NCBI GenBank assembly: GCA_963666315.2
Contig: CAXXHG010000012.1
Location: forward strand, 1 to 40,886
DNA from: Candidatus Binatia bacterium
Lineage (GTDB): Bacteria > Desulfobacterota > Binatia > Bin18
DNA length: 40,886 nt
Direction of reading: 5' to 3'
Shown here: positions 17,524 through 27,674 of the stretch, piece by piece
Numbering within the stretch: the stretch's first letter is position 1
Layout of the letters: every line of letters begins with the position of its first letter
Translations under genes and position numbers: made by a program
The notes under the pieces: generated by a model
Seen by the model: the letters and a program-made list of their open reading frames with translations, nothing else
The model's database searches: none
What the model was told of the DNA's origin: nothing

Positions 17524-19371
17524 TTATGATTTTTGTTGATCACCCTCTCCTTCGTCGCGATCAAGACGCAGCTCGTCGCCCAGAATGTCTTCAAAGGAGA
17601 AACGGGAATTATCCCGCTCACGCTGCAGGTAAGCCTCCATATCCGCCCGTTCCTCATTCCGTCGTAAGGCCTTTACACTCAGACCCATTTTGTGTTCGCG
17701 GGGGTCGATATGTATCACTTCCGCCTCGACCTCAGTGCCGACTTCGAAAAGGGCTGAGGGTTTTTCTACCCGCTCAGTCGAAAGCTGAGAGATATGCACC
17801 AGTCCCTCAATCCCTTCTGCAAGCTCTACAAAGACACCGAAGTCGGTCACACTGGTCACCTTGCCTCGGACCCGGCTGCCAACGGGATGTTCCTGTTGGA
17901 GCGTGACCCACGGATCTCTACTCGCCTGTTTGATCCCGAGCGAGATGCGCTCGTTGTCGATATCAATGCCGAGGACCACCGCCGCAACCTCATCACCCTT
18001 CTTGAACAGTTCTGAGGGGTGCTTAATCTTCTTGGTCCAGTGCAAATCAGAGATGTGGGCGAGGCCATCTATCCCTTCCTCGACCTCAATAAAAACTCCG
18101 AAATCGGTAATGCTGTTCACCTTGCCCTGAATGCGACTGCCAACCGGATGTGTGGCCCGCACGGTCTCCCATGGATTCGCTGTAACTTGTTTGAGGCCCA
18201 GGGAAATCCGTCGGTTGGCCGGATCAAGATCGAGGATGACAACTTCAATCTCATCCTCGACGGACAGCATTTTCGAGGGATGCGAAATCCGCTTGGTCCA
18301 CGACATCTCCGACACATGTAACAGCCCCTCGGCGCCCTGTTCCAGCTCGACGAAGGCACCGTAATCGGCGAGGCTCACAACTTTGCCGGTCACTCGGCTG
18401 CCGGGCAGATAGCGTTCCGGGACAGAACTCCACGGATCGGGCATGAGCTGTTTTAATCCAAGCGAAACACGTTCCCGTTCTGCATCGAACTTCAGGACAA
18501 CGACCTTGATCGTTTCCCCTGCCTCGATCATCTCGGATGGATGGCCGATCCGCCCCCACGACATATCAGTAATGTGCAAGAGGCCGTCTATTCCTCCCAG
18601 ATCAACAAAGGCTCCATAATGGGTAATATTTTTTACTGTCCCTTCGAGGATCACCCCCGCGTCCAAGACTTTCAGGGTTTCGTCGCGCAATGCAGTCCGT
18701 TCTTGCTCTAAAACTGCGCGGCGCGACACCACAACATTCGAACGTGCGCGGTTGAACTTCAGAACCGCGAATTTCCCGGTTTGCCCCAGAAATCGGTCAA
18801 GATCCCGAACCGGACGAATGTCGACATGGGAGCCCGGCAAGAACGCCGACACACCAATATCAACCCGGAGTCCGCCCTTTACTTTCCCGACAATTGAGCC
18901 TGTAACAGGAGTTTGATTGTTGAATGCATCTTCAATATCCCGCCACACACGAAATTGTTCGGCTTTTGCTCGCGATAAAACGACACCCTCACCCTCTTCG
19001 TCGGAGTCGGCCGAGTCAAAATAGACCTCAATGTCGTCCCCTTCGTTGACCAGCAACTGTCCGTCACGCTGGCGAAATTCCGCGAGAGGGATATGCCCTT
19101 CGGATTTATATCCAATATCGATCGTGACAAATTCAGAGCCGATGCTCACCACACGCCCGCGGACGACCCCACCGGGCTGAACTGAACGCATACTCTCTTC
19201 AAACATCTGGCCGAAGTCTTCTCCGACTGGACTACTCGTCTGAGTTTCAGCTGTAGGCTGGCTCTCGCCTGAAGACTGCATTTCGCTGTCAGTGCTACCG
19301 GGCTGAACTTGCTCCTCCGAGCTGACCTCGCTGTCGGCTGGTGTTGTTACTTCCGCTTTGTTTTGTTCCAT
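17524..19371 (-). CDS. rpsA: 30S ribosomal protein S1
   Basis: Six S1 repeats ('YGAFVDLGGIDGLLHITDMSW' etc.); cmk-rpsA-ihfB synteny. Confidence 0.98.
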   Translation of the reverse strand: MEQNKAEVTTPADSEVSSEEQVQPGSTDSEMQSSGESQPTAETQTSSPVGEDFGQMFEESMRSVQPGGVVRGRVVSIGSEFVTIDIGYKSEGHIPLAEFRQRDGQLLVNEGDDIEVYFDSADSDEEGEGVVLSRAKAEQFRVWRDIEDAFNNQTPVTGSIVGKVKGGLRVDIGVSAFLPGSHVDIRPVRDLDRFLGQTGKFAVLKFNRARSNVVVSRRAVLEQERTALRDETLKVLDAGVILEGTVKNITHYGAFVDLGGIDGLLHITDMSWGRIGHPSEMIEAGETIKVVVLKFDAERERVSLGLKQLMPDPWSSVPERYLPGSRVTGKVVSLADYGAFVELEQGAEGLLHVSEMSWTKRISHPSKMLSVEDEIEVVILDLDPANRRISLGLKQVTANPWETVRATHPVGSRIQGKVNSITDFGVFIEVEEGIDGLAHISDLHWTKKIKHPSELFKKGDEVAAVVLGIDIDNERISLGIKQASRDPWVTLQQEHPVGSRVRGKVTSVTDFGVFVELAEGIEGLVHISQLSTERVEKPSALFEVGTEVEAEVIHIDPREHKMGLSVKALRRNEERADMEAYLQRERDNSRFSFEDILGDELRLDRDEGEGDQQKS

Positions 19372-19443
19372 GTTGTGGTTTACCCCCTACGAAGCTGGCT
19401 TATCCTGCCTTTCCATACTCTCCTCTCCATCAGGTTGCAAGAG

Positions 19444-20169
19444 CTACAGACCGGGCTTTTCCTTTTCACCTTCAATACTTGCAATACTCGCAATACTCGC
19501 ATGGGCATTTACTAATTCGGCCATCCTGTCAACTACCTCAGGCAGCGTCAATGTCGTCGTATCGATGCGGACAGCATCGTCAGCCGCTCGCAGTGGAGCG
19601 TGGGCGCGTTCAGTATCACGTTGATCACGTTCTGCCATCTCTTGTATCGTCGCTGCAAGAGAAACATTGGATTCTCCCTGCCGCTGCAGCTCTGCATACC
19701 TGCGCCGTCCACGCTCTTCGGGTGTAGCCTCCAGGTATATTTTTATGTCTGCATCAGGAAAGACGACCGTGCCAATATCTCGGCCCTCCAGCACGGCTTC
19801 GCCCATCTCCCCCAGCCGGCGTTGGAGGCCGAGCAGCGCCTGACGAACACGTGGCTGGGCCGACACTTTAGACGCCATTTGACTCATGTCCGGGCGGCGA
19901 ATAGCCGTCGTAATATCACGCGCACCGGCAAATAACCGCATGCTGTGTGATTCAGATACAAAACGAAGATCCAGCGTGTCACACAGTGAGGCAAGGCGCT
20001 CGCCATCATCCGGGTCCAGCCCTTGTTCACCAGCAAACAGGCCCACGGCACGATACAACGCACCGGTATCAATATAGCGATAGCCCAAGCGGTCGGCCAA
20101 GAGATGGCTCACCGTGCTTTTGCCTGCTCCAGCTGGACCGTCTATGGCGATAATGAAGCCCTTTTTCAT
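19444..20169 (-). CDS. cmk: Cytidylate kinase
   Basis: 'IAIDGPAGAGKST', 'DTGALYR', 'EGRDIGTVVFPDA'. Confidence 0.97.
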   Translation of the reverse strand: MKKGFIIAIDGPAGAGKSTVSHLLADRLGYRYIDTGALYRAVGLFAGEQGLDPDDGERLASLCDTLDLRFVSESHSMRLFAGARDITTAIRRPDMSQMASKVSAQPRVRQALLGLQRRLGEMGEAVLEGRDIGTVVFPDADIKIYLEATPEERGRRRYAELQRQGESNVSLAATIQEMAERDQRDTERAHAPLRAADDAVRIDTTTLTLPEVVDRMAELVNAHASIASIASIEGEKEKPGL

Positions 20170-21482
20170 AACTTTCCCAGATTCACACCTGTGAGATCCT
20201 GAACCATGTGGTAAAAGCCAGGAAAAGAAATATCAACGCACTCCGGCTCTTGGATGACAACGCCCTCACCTGAGACAAGCCCAGCAACAGTAAGAGCCAT
20301 AGCTATGCGGTGATCTCCGTGGCTTTGCACCGTTCCCCCGCGGACACGCCCTTTTCCTTGAATCACCAGCCCGTCCGGCAGTTCTTCAACCTCAACACCG
20401 AGGGCCTCAAGCGCCGTTGCCAAAACGTGCAGCCGATCACTTTCCTTGACTCGTAGCTCTTGGGCACCACGAATGGCTGAGGTCCCTTGGGCAAAAGCCA
20501 TAGCAATGGCGATGATCGGGAATTCATCAATGGCTCGGACAACGAGCGTAGCGTCAATCTCCGCCCCGTGGAGAGCGCTGGTACGAATCACAAGGTCACC
20601 AACGGGCTCACCACACACGTCTCGCTCGTTGTGGCTCTCAATCCAACCGCCCATAGCCCGAAAGATTTCCAATGCTCCTGTCCGCGTGGGATTCAGCCCA
20701 ACATCGCGGACGCAGAGCTCAGAGTTTGGGAGAAGCAGCGCAGCGCCCACAAAAAACGCGGCGGAAGAGAAATCGCCCGGCACGCGAACGTCCTGGGCGT
20801 GCAGAGGCGTCCCGCCTTCGACGGACACCGTCCGATCTTGCACTTGAAGCCGTCCGCCAAACGCAGGCAAGAGTCGCTCAGTATGGTCACGAGAACGTTC
20901 GGGCTCGATGACCGTTGTCTTCCCCTCGGCTCGCAAGCCAGCCAAAAGAATAGCCGATTTCACTTGCGCGCTTGCAACCGGACTCTGATACGAGATGGCC
21001 TTCAGTGTCCCCCCCTGCCCAGTGATACGCAGCGGTGCGCAGTGCTCTTCCCCTTCGCTCTCAATCGAGGCTCCCATGAGCCGCAATGGATCAGTCACCC
21101 GCCGCATTGGCCGCCGACGGAGCGATGCATCCCCGTCCAGGCGAGATGTAAAAGGACAGCCGGCTAATATCCCGGAGAGGAGACGCATGGTGGTTCCGGA
21201 ATTGCCGCAGTAGATAGCCTGGGTGGGGGCCTGTAATCCCTCCCAACAGCGGCCGTTCACCACAACCGTCGTGTCCTGGCGGACAATATTGACCCCCAAG
21301 GACTGAAACGCTTTGATGGTACTCAGATTATCCTGACCAAGTGAACAGTTTTGGATACAGCTTTCTCCCTCAGCCAGTGCGGCAAACATGACGGCGCGGT
21401 GACTGATCGATTTATCGCCGGGCATGCGGATCTCACTCCGTACGCCATACTGGGCGGGTGGAATTGTGACGGCCGCGCTCAT
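20166..21482 (-). CDS. aroA: EPSP synthase (class II)
   Basis: 'PGDKSISHR', 'CGNSGTTMR', 'SAQVKS', 'RDHTE', 'RVKESDR', 'DHRIAM'. Confidence 0.97.
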   Translation of the reverse strand: MSAAVTIPPAQYGVRSEIRMPGDKSISHRAVMFAALAEGESCIQNCSLGQDNLSTIKAFQSLGVNIVRQDTTVVVNGRCWEGLQAPTQAIYCGNSGTTMRLLSGILAGCPFTSRLDGDASLRRRPMRRVTDPLRLMGASIESEGEEHCAPLRITGQGGTLKAISYQSPVASAQVKSAILLAGLRAEGKTTVIEPERSRDHTERLLPAFGGRLQVQDRTVSVEGGTPLHAQDVRVPGDFSSAAFFVGAALLLPNSELCVRDVGLNPTRTGALEIFRAMGGWIESHNERDVCGEPVGDLVIRTSALHGAEIDATLVVRAIDEFPIIAIAMAFAQGTSAIRGAQELRVKESDRLHVLATALEALGVEVEELPDGLVIQGKGRVRGGTVQSHGDHRIAMALTVAGLVSGEGVVIQEPECVDISFPGFYHMVQDLTGVNLGKL

Positions 21483-22384
21483 TTCCCCTCTCGCAAGCGG
21501 GTCAGCCGTTGACGTTCTTGGCGTGCCCGCTCAATGTCAGCGAACAGCGTGGCACCATCCCCCGCAGCCAGCGCAGCCTTCATTCGGGCTAAAGCAGTCT
21601 CAAAACTCGTCATAGCAACCAACAACGCCTCCCGGTTTGCCAGGCAAATATCACGCCACATTTCGATCGGACTTGCGGCCACACGGGTGAGATCGGCAAA
21701 AGCGCTTCCCGCATACGCCAAGGGATCAACCTTTTCTGCAGATTGCGGGGATTGCCGAGATTGAGAAGATTGGAGGAGTCCATTCATGACACTAAAGGCG
21801 ATCAGATGCGGAAGATGGCTGACCTGGGCTAACACCCGGTCGTGGACCTGGGCGTCCATCTCTTCCACCCGCATGCCGACGCCTTCCCATAGAGCCCGTA
21901 CCCGAGCAAGCGCAGTGCGGTCCGTCTTGTCAGTCGGGGTCAAGACACACACGCTGCCGTCAAAGAGGGTCTCAAAAGCAGCTGCTGCCCCGGCGTTCTC
22001 GGTTCCGGCAATAGGATGTGCTGCAACACACGGCAGAGACGGGGGTAAGAGGGCCTCCAGAGTTTCTAAAATCGGTGCTTTGACACTCCCGGCGTCCGTG
22101 ACAATACAGCCCGACGGCAAATGGGGTAAAAATTGTTGCAGCACCGACCCGGTCGCCTCAACCGGGACCGCGAGAAGGATCAAATCCGTCCCTCGGGCTG
22201 CCTCAGCTGGATCAAAGGTATACGTATCGATGCTGCCGCGTTCGAGGGCGATCTTGAGATTAGCCTCAGTGCGACCAAAACCAACGACCCGCTCAACGAG
22301 TCCGCGCGCTTTGGCCGCAAGTCCCAGCGAGCCACCAATCAGGCCAACGCCCACAATGAGAAGACGCTTAAATAAGAATCCCAT
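21479..22384 (-). CDS. tyrA: Prephenate/arogenate dehydrogenase
   Basis: 'GVGLIGGS', 'DAGSVK', 'HPIAGTE', 'HD...SHLPH'. Start at ATG 22384; the longer track ORF overlaps hisC. Confidence 0.93.
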   Translation of the reverse strand: MGFLFKRLLIVGVGLIGGSLGLAAKARGLVERVVGFGRTEANLKIALERGSIDTYTFDPAEAARGTDLILLAVPVEATGSVLQQFLPHLPSGCIVTDAGSVKAPILETLEALLPPSLPCVAAHPIAGTENAGAAAAFETLFDGSVCVLTPTDKTDRTALARVRALWEGVGMRVEEMDAQVHDRVLAQVSHLPHLIAFSVMNGLLQSSQSRQSPQSAEKVDPLAYAGSAFADLTRVAASPIEMWRDICLANREALLVAMTSFETALARMKAALAAGDGATLFADIERARQERQRLTRLREGK

Positions 22385-22419
22385 AGCTGTATCGTATAGA
22401 GACAACGCGTACGTCGCGC

Positions 22420-23505
22420 CTACTGCTGGAGCTTCTCCATAGCGGTGATAAAGTGCTCGTTTTCCTGAGGCAGGCCGACACTGACGCGGGCATAACCCGG
22501 ATAGCCGTAGCCTTCCATAGGTCGAATGATAATGCCCTGAGGTAAGAGCTGCTGCGAGACGCCGACGCCCACTTTGACGAGCAGAAAATTGCCCCAACTC
22601 GGCGCATACTCCAGGCCGAGACGATCAAGCTCGCGGCGCAGATAGGCCAGCCCGTGCCGATTATTCTCCTGGGTGCGCCGCATATGATCGGTATCATCAA
22701 GCGCGGCCAGTGCCCCGACTTGGGCCAAGGCATTCACATTAAACGGCTGGCGAATACGATTGAGCGCGTCTATCACTTCTGGTGAGGAAATCCCATAGCC
22801 GACGCGGACCCCGGCCAGGCCGCAGATCTTTGAAAAGGTCCGCAACGTAATCAGCAACCGTTCCGCAGAATGATAGTCGAGCGAATTCGGATAGTCTGAA
22901 TCCGCAACAAACTCAAAATAGGCTTCATCCACCACAATCACGACATCGTGCGGAACTTTTTCAAGAAAGGCCTCCCAGTCCGCTCGGGTATAGATCGTCC
23001 CGGTTGGATTATTCGGGTTATCAAGAAAAACTATCCGCGTATCGGACGTCATCGCATCTGCCATGGCATCGAGATCAAAGGCAAAGCCTTTGTGAGGAAC
23101 AGTAATAGTGTGCCCACCTGCCGCATGCACGCACAAGTGGTAAATGGCAAACGCGTGCTCTGCCGCAACTATGGATTCGCCTACACGCAGGAAAGTCCGC
23201 ACAATCATCTCAATCAACTCGTTCGAGCCATTGCCTATGATAATCTGCGCACGGTCCAAACCGAACTTCTCGGCCAGCCGCTGCTTGAGATAGAACGCAT
23301 CCCCATCCGGATAGAGATTGAGCTGCGGCAGTGCTGCAGTAATAGCCTCGACCGCTTTGGGTGATGGCCCAAGTGGATTCTCGTTTGAGGCAATCTTGAC
23401 CGAGTTGCGAATCCCGTATTCCCGCTCAACCTCCTCAATGGGTTTCCCAGGCTGATACGGCGTAAGACTCAAGACCCAATCGGGCACGTATTTTCGAATA
23501 TCCAT
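22420..23505 (-). CDS. hisC: Histidinol-phosphate aminotransferase
   Basis: 'YQPGKP', 'ASNENPLG', 'GNGSNE', 'NPNNPTG', 'DEAY', 'RTFSK'. Confidence 0.95.
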   Translation of the reverse strand: MDIRKYVPDWVLSLTPYQPGKPIEEVEREYGIRNSVKIASNENPLGPSPKAVEAITAALPQLNLYPDGDAFYLKQRLAEKFGLDRAQIIIGNGSNELIEMIVRTFLRVGESIVAAEHAFAIYHLCVHAAGGHTITVPHKGFAFDLDAMADAMTSDTRIVFLDNPNNPTGTIYTRADWEAFLEKVPHDVVIVVDEAYFEFVADSDYPNSLDYHSAERLLITLRTFSKICGLAGVRVGYGISSPEVIDALNRIRQPFNVNALAQVGALAALDDTDHMRRTQENNRHGLAYLRRELDRLGLEYAPSWGNFLLVKVGVGVSQQLLPQGIIIRPMEGYGYPGYARVSVGLPQENEHFITAMEKLQQ

Positions 23506-23529
23506 ACTATGTCAGCGTTTTTAACCATG

Positions 23530-24663
23530 TCAGCGTTTTTGCGAAGCAGGCACGAAGGAGGCATACGAGCCCAGCACCTTGACAGATACACACCGCAGTT
23601 TGATCTCGCGCAGTGCGTCTGCAATAGCGGTCTCGCTCGCGTGGCCCTCAATATCGATAAAAAAGACATATTCCCAAGGCCTCCCCTTGAGCGGCCGTGA
23701 CTCAATCCGCAACAGATTAATACTGTGATCGGCAAACGGTTTGAGTACCTGATACAGCACCCCGGCTTCGTCACGGACGGAGAGCACAAGAGAGGTCTTA
23801 TCGTCCCCCGTCGGCTCGCCCCGCTGTGGGCTGCGGCTGAGGATGGCGAAGCGGGTATAGTTTGCGGCCTGATCTTGAATATCCGCATCTAACACATTGA
23901 GCCGATAGCGCTCTGCAGCCAATCGGCCGGCAATCGCTGCAGCATGCGTATCGCTCCGGACCAACTCGGCGGCGCGTGAGTTACTCGACGCTGCTTCTGT
24001 CGGAACGCCAGGTAAATGTGTTGCCAGCCAGTCCTGACACTGGGCTAACGCCTGCGGGTGCGCCAGTACGCGTCCAATGCGCTCACGCTTTTTTGCTCGG
24101 CTCAGCAAACAGTGACGAATCTCCAGCGACCGCTCCGCAATAATATGCAGATTGGATTCGATAAAGAGATCCAGCGTGATTGCGACTGAGCCTTGACCGG
24201 AGTTTTCGACCGGGACTACGCCGTATGCGACCTGGCCACTTTCGACTGCAGCAAAAATATGAGGAATAGTCGCCACAGGCACAAATTCGATTTTGGACCC
24301 AAACTGCTCGCAGGCCGCCATATGCGCATAGCTCGCCTCTGGCCCAAGGTAGGCGACACGCAACGATTGTTCGAGGGCACGCGAAGCCGAGATAATCTCC
24401 CGATACACGGCTTGGACGGATTCATCCGACAGCGGACCCGTGTTAAGCTCGGCCAAGCGTGCGAAAATGGCCCGTTCCCGACTCGGTACATACGCGGCGC
24501 GTTGCTTCTTGCCTTTCTGATTTCCGATCTGCTGGGCGAGACGCGCGCGGCGGTTCAGGAAGATCAAGACTTGCGCATCGATACGGTCAATTTTGTCTCT
24601 GAGCGTATCCAATGCAGGGGAGGGACGTTTTGGCGCCACACGGCGTTTCTTACTATGATTCAC
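23530..24663 (-). CDS. pheA: Chorismate mutase/prephenate dehydratase (P-protein)
   Basis: AroQ 'LRDKIDRID', 'VPVENS', 'HPQALAQC', 'NYTRF', ACT domain 'IESRP'. Confidence 0.96.
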   Translation of the reverse strand: MNHSKKRRVAPKRPSPALDTLRDKIDRIDAQVLIFLNRRARLAQQIGNQKGKKQRAAYVPSRERAIFARLAELNTGPLSDESVQAVYREIISASRALEQSLRVAYLGPEASYAHMAACEQFGSKIEFVPVATIPHIFAAVESGQVAYGVVPVENSGQGSVAITLDLFIESNLHIIAERSLEIRHCLLSRAKKRERIGRVLAHPQALAQCQDWLATHLPGVPTEAASSNSRAAELVRSDTHAAAIAGRLAAERYRLNVLDADIQDQAANYTRFAILSRSPQRGEPTGDDKTSLVLSVRDEAGVLYQVLKPFADHSINLLRIESRPLKGRPWEYVFFIDIEGHASETAIADALREIKLRCVSVKVLGSYASFVPASQKR

Positions 24664-24708
24664 CCAGCCAGTCTACGCCGAGGCTGGTCTGGCCAAGGCC
24701 AGTCTGTA

Positions 24709-25740
24709 TTAGCCGGCTGCATTGACGCTCCTAGCTCCATCGACACTCCTGACTTCGTTGTTATACTCTTCCCCACTTTCGACAATGCCCACTTCTCCCA
24801 TCCGACGGAACTTGGCGTAGCGCTGCGCCATCAGCTCTTCAACCGACAATCTGCTCACCGTCTGGAGCTGCTGCGCAATTGCTGTCCCGACGGCGGCAAT
24901 GGCTGCTTGGGCATACCTATGCGCTCCGCCGCGCGGCTCCGCAACTATCTCATCAATCACGCCCAAAGGCAGCAGGTTGGGTGCAGTCACCTTGAGCGCT
25001 TCGGCTGCCCAGGCCGAGCGTTCTGGCGTACGTTCTCCGTACAGAATGGCCGCGCAGCCCTCCGGAGTGATGACCGAATAACACGCATTCTCTTGCATCA
25101 ACACACGATCCCCTACTCCCAACGCGAGGGCGCCACCACTGCCGCCTTCTCCAATGACGGTGACAATAATTGGGGTTCGGAGGCCGGCCATCTCCTGGAT
25201 GTTCTTGGCAATGGCTTCCGCCTGGCCGCGCTCCTCAGCCTCCACTCCGGGATAGGCCCCTTGCGTATCAATAAAGGTGAGGACAGGACGCTGAAAGCGT
25301 TCGGCTAAATGGAGAAGACGCAGCGCCTTACGATACCCCTCAGGGAGAGGCATGCCAAAATTTCGGTGGACTTTCTCTGCAACGGTTTTTCCGCGCTGAT
25401 GGCCGACCACCACAACCGGGGTCCCTCGAAAACGAGCCAGACCGCCCACGATAGCCGGGTCATCGGCAAACACGCGGTCACCGTGCAACTCAACGAACTC
25501 TGAGCACAAGGCCTCAATATAGTCGAGCGTATACGGCCGGTCGGTATGTCGCGCGAGCTGCACCCGTTGCCATGCCGAAAGCGAGCCAAACAGTTTGGAC
25601 TCATGTTGGCGGAGCTGTTCCTCCAGCCCGGCCAGCTCCGCCTGCTGCTCTGCCGACCGGGTTTCCACCTGGATGAGTTTGTTAACCTGTTTGTCCAGCT
25701 CTTCTAATGGTTTCTCAAAATCGAGATATGTTGTCTGCAC
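24709..25740 (-). CDS. accA: Acetyl-CoA carboxylase carboxyltransferase alpha
   Basis: 'YLDFEKP', 'ELHGDR', 'PEGYRKA', 'GEGGSGGALA'. Confidence 0.97.
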   Translation of the reverse strand: MQTTYLDFEKPLEELDKQVNKLIQVETRSAEQQAELAGLEEQLRQHESKLFGSLSAWQRVQLARHTDRPYTLDYIEALCSEFVELHGDRVFADDPAIVGGLARFRGTPVVVVGHQRGKTVAEKVHRNFGMPLPEGYRKALRLLHLAERFQRPVLTFIDTQGAYPGVEAEERGQAEAIAKNIQEMAGLRTPIIVTVIGEGGSGGALALGVGDRVLMQENACYSVITPEGCAAILYGERTPERSAWAAEALKVTAPNLLPLGVIDEIVAEPRGGAHRYAQAAIAAVGTAIAQQLQTVSRLSVEELMAQRYAKFRRMGEVGIVESGEEYNNEVRSVDGARSVNAAG

Positions 25741-25844
25741 AGCTAACCCTTAACCAAAGCGTACAATGTACTGCGTACATATGGATTTTGAATTCCCAAC
25801 CCCTTTTTCCATTTTACTCAGTGCGTTTTCCGTTCGTTATCGTT

Positions 25845-26771
25845 TCATAAAAAAACTCCAAAAAATTCTTTGACCGCTGTATCGATCTCCCGGACTTGGC
25901 CGGGTGAGAACCACCGCACCCCAAGTTCTGTGCGAAACCAGGTCAACTGCCGCTTTGCGAGTCGGCGGGTCTCTTTGGCCATCTGGGCGACTGCCTCGTC
26001 GAGCGTATAGTGTCCGTTGAGCATTTGTCCGACCTGCGCATAGCCAATTGTGTGCAACACGGAAAGATCTACATCATACCCCATATCCCAGACCCGGCGC
26101 ACCTCGTCAACGAGACCGGCGCGGATCATGGCGTGACAGCGCTGTTCAATCCGTTGGGCTAACGTCTCCCGCTCCAGCGCTAAAGCAAGTATCAGCGTGG
26201 AAAACGGGCGCTCCTGAAAGCCATGCTCCCGTTGCCAGACGCTGATAGGCTTGCCACTCAGCAGCCACACCTCCAAAGCGCGAATCAACCGTAGCGTGTC
26301 ATTCGGATGTAAACGCTGCGCCGCGTCAGGATCAACCTTCTGGAGCCATGCATGCAGGAATCCCCGCCCGTGCTCTTTCTCCTGTGTCTCAAGACGCCTG
26401 CGCAGCCTTGGATCTGCCCGCGGTCCAGAAAACAACCCCCGTGTCAGAGTACGGATGTATAAACCCGTTCCCCCGACCACGAATACGCGTTTGCCGCGTT
26501 GGATAATGTCATGAACGGCCTCATGCGCCAGGGTCCGATAACGGGCAGTATCAAACTGCACGTCGGGGTTGACGACATCGATGATATGATGGGGAACCTG
26601 TGCTTGTTCGTGAGCAGTAGGTTTGGCCGTTCCAATATCCAAGTAACGGTATACTTGGCGCGAGTCAGCGCTCACAATCTCGGCGTTGTAACGTGTCGCC
26701 AACTCGAGCGCGAGTGCGGTTTTTCCTGTAGCGGTTGGTCCGGTGATAACAATGAGCTGCGGCTTGCCCAT
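25845..26771 (-). CDS. miaA: tRNA dimethylallyltransferase
   Basis: 'GPTATGKT', 'DSRQVY', 'GTAKP', 'GGTGLY', 'AKRQLTWF'. Confidence 0.97.
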   Translation of the reverse strand: MGKPQLIVITGPTATGKTALALELATRYNAEIVSADSRQVYRYLDIGTAKPTAHEQAQVPHHIIDVVNPDVQFDTARYRTLAHEAVHDIIQRGKRVFVVGGTGLYIRTLTRGLFSGPRADPRLRRRLETQEKEHGRGFLHAWLQKVDPDAAQRLHPNDTLRLIRALEVWLLSGKPISVWQREHGFQERPFSTLILALALERETLAQRIEQRCHAMIRAGLVDEVRRVWDMGYDVDLSVLHTIGYAQVGQMLNGHYTLDEAVAQMAKETRRLAKRQLTWFRTELGVRWFSPGQVREIDTAVKEFFGVFL

Positions 26772-26873
26772 ACACTGAGGCTAACGTATGAGACTCACAG
26801 GGAAAAGTACAGGTACGCAGGCTGGACAGGGCCATGTCAATCAATATGGCATTTTCATCTGTTTTTTATATGA

Positions 26874-27533
26874 CTACGCTTCCAAACCGAGGGCAGCCAG
26901 TACACCAAGAGCGTGCAGTGCCCGATAGGTGTGGGTGGCAGTTGGTTCGGAGGCAAACAGCTTCAGATCTTCAACGGAATCAATGTCAAACGCGATACGG
27001 GGCGCTTCGATCATGCGACAGGCCAGACCATCTTTCTGGGCACAGACTTTGTGGGCCTCGAGGCTTGGGCCACCGAAGCAGGTTGGCATGACCAGGGGCG
27101 GGACGCGCAGGAGTGCGTTCGTCCCTTCCCCCTCCTTACACGTCACAAGAAGGACTTGCGGTTCGTCTGTTGTCTCGCAGAACAGTAAGTCGATATCCTC
27201 AGAGGTCACAAGCGGGAGGTCGGATAAAAGGACGAGCAGTGCCGTGGCTCCCTGTTGCAGACAAAATTCGGTGCCCATGGCTACAGCATCGTTCAAGCCA
27301 CGCGGATGTCCTTCATCAATCGCCTCCGCGCCCAAACCCTGGGCGATTTCGAGCAGGCTCGGATCTGAGGTTACTACCCCAAAACGATCAACACTGGCCG
27401 CGCGACGCAGATTGGTCAGCACGTCACGCAGCATGGCCTGGGAGAGGCCGTGGCGTTGTGTGTCCGATAGCAGCGCACACAAACGGCTCTTTCCGTGAGC
27501 CAGGGCTTTTATAGGGACAAGGACAAAATTCAC
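26874..27533 (-). CDS. cofC: CofC/FbiD guanylyltransferase (coenzyme F420 biosynthesis)
   Basis: 'LVPIKAL..GKSRL', 'AMLRDVL', 'GLNDA', 'SDLP', 'GTNAL', 'FGGPSLEAH', 'FDIDSVEDL'. GTG 27533 has AGGA upstream; the upstream part of the track ORF is antisense shadow. Confidence 0.9.
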   Translation of the reverse strand: MNFVLVPIKALAHGKSRLCALLSDTQRHGLSQAMLRDVLTNLRRAASVDRFGVVTSDPSLLEIAQGLGAEAIDEGHPRGLNDAVAMGTEFCLQQGATALLVLLSDLPLVTSEDIDLLFCETTDEPQVLLVTCKEGEGTNALLRVPPLVMPTCFGGPSLEAHKVCAQKDGLACRMIEAPRIAFDIDSVEDLKLFASEPTATHTYRALHALGVLAALGLEA

Positions 27534-27569
27534 GGTGGTTATCCTATCGCCATCCTGAAGAAATTCTTC

Positions 27570-27599
27570 TTGCGGAACAAGAGGGAATGGGGTTATAGT
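27570..27599 (+). promoter_or_regulatory. Putative sigma70 promoter of the thiolase-rsmD-coaD unit
   Basis: TTGCGG-N18-TATAGT in the divergent cofC/thiolase intergenic region. Confidence 0.45.
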
Positions 27600-27674
27600 C
27601 GGGAGTCTATCAAACACACCTTCACACCTTGCAAACACATCCTGCAAACACACCCTAAAAAAGGGAGGAGCCAC

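Noticed and set aside
24193-25308. 371-aa + strand ORF (likewise 14399..15208 and 20487..21167)
   Set aside because: Antisense shadows of pheA/accA, the vWA gene and aroA, with no recognisable motifs.
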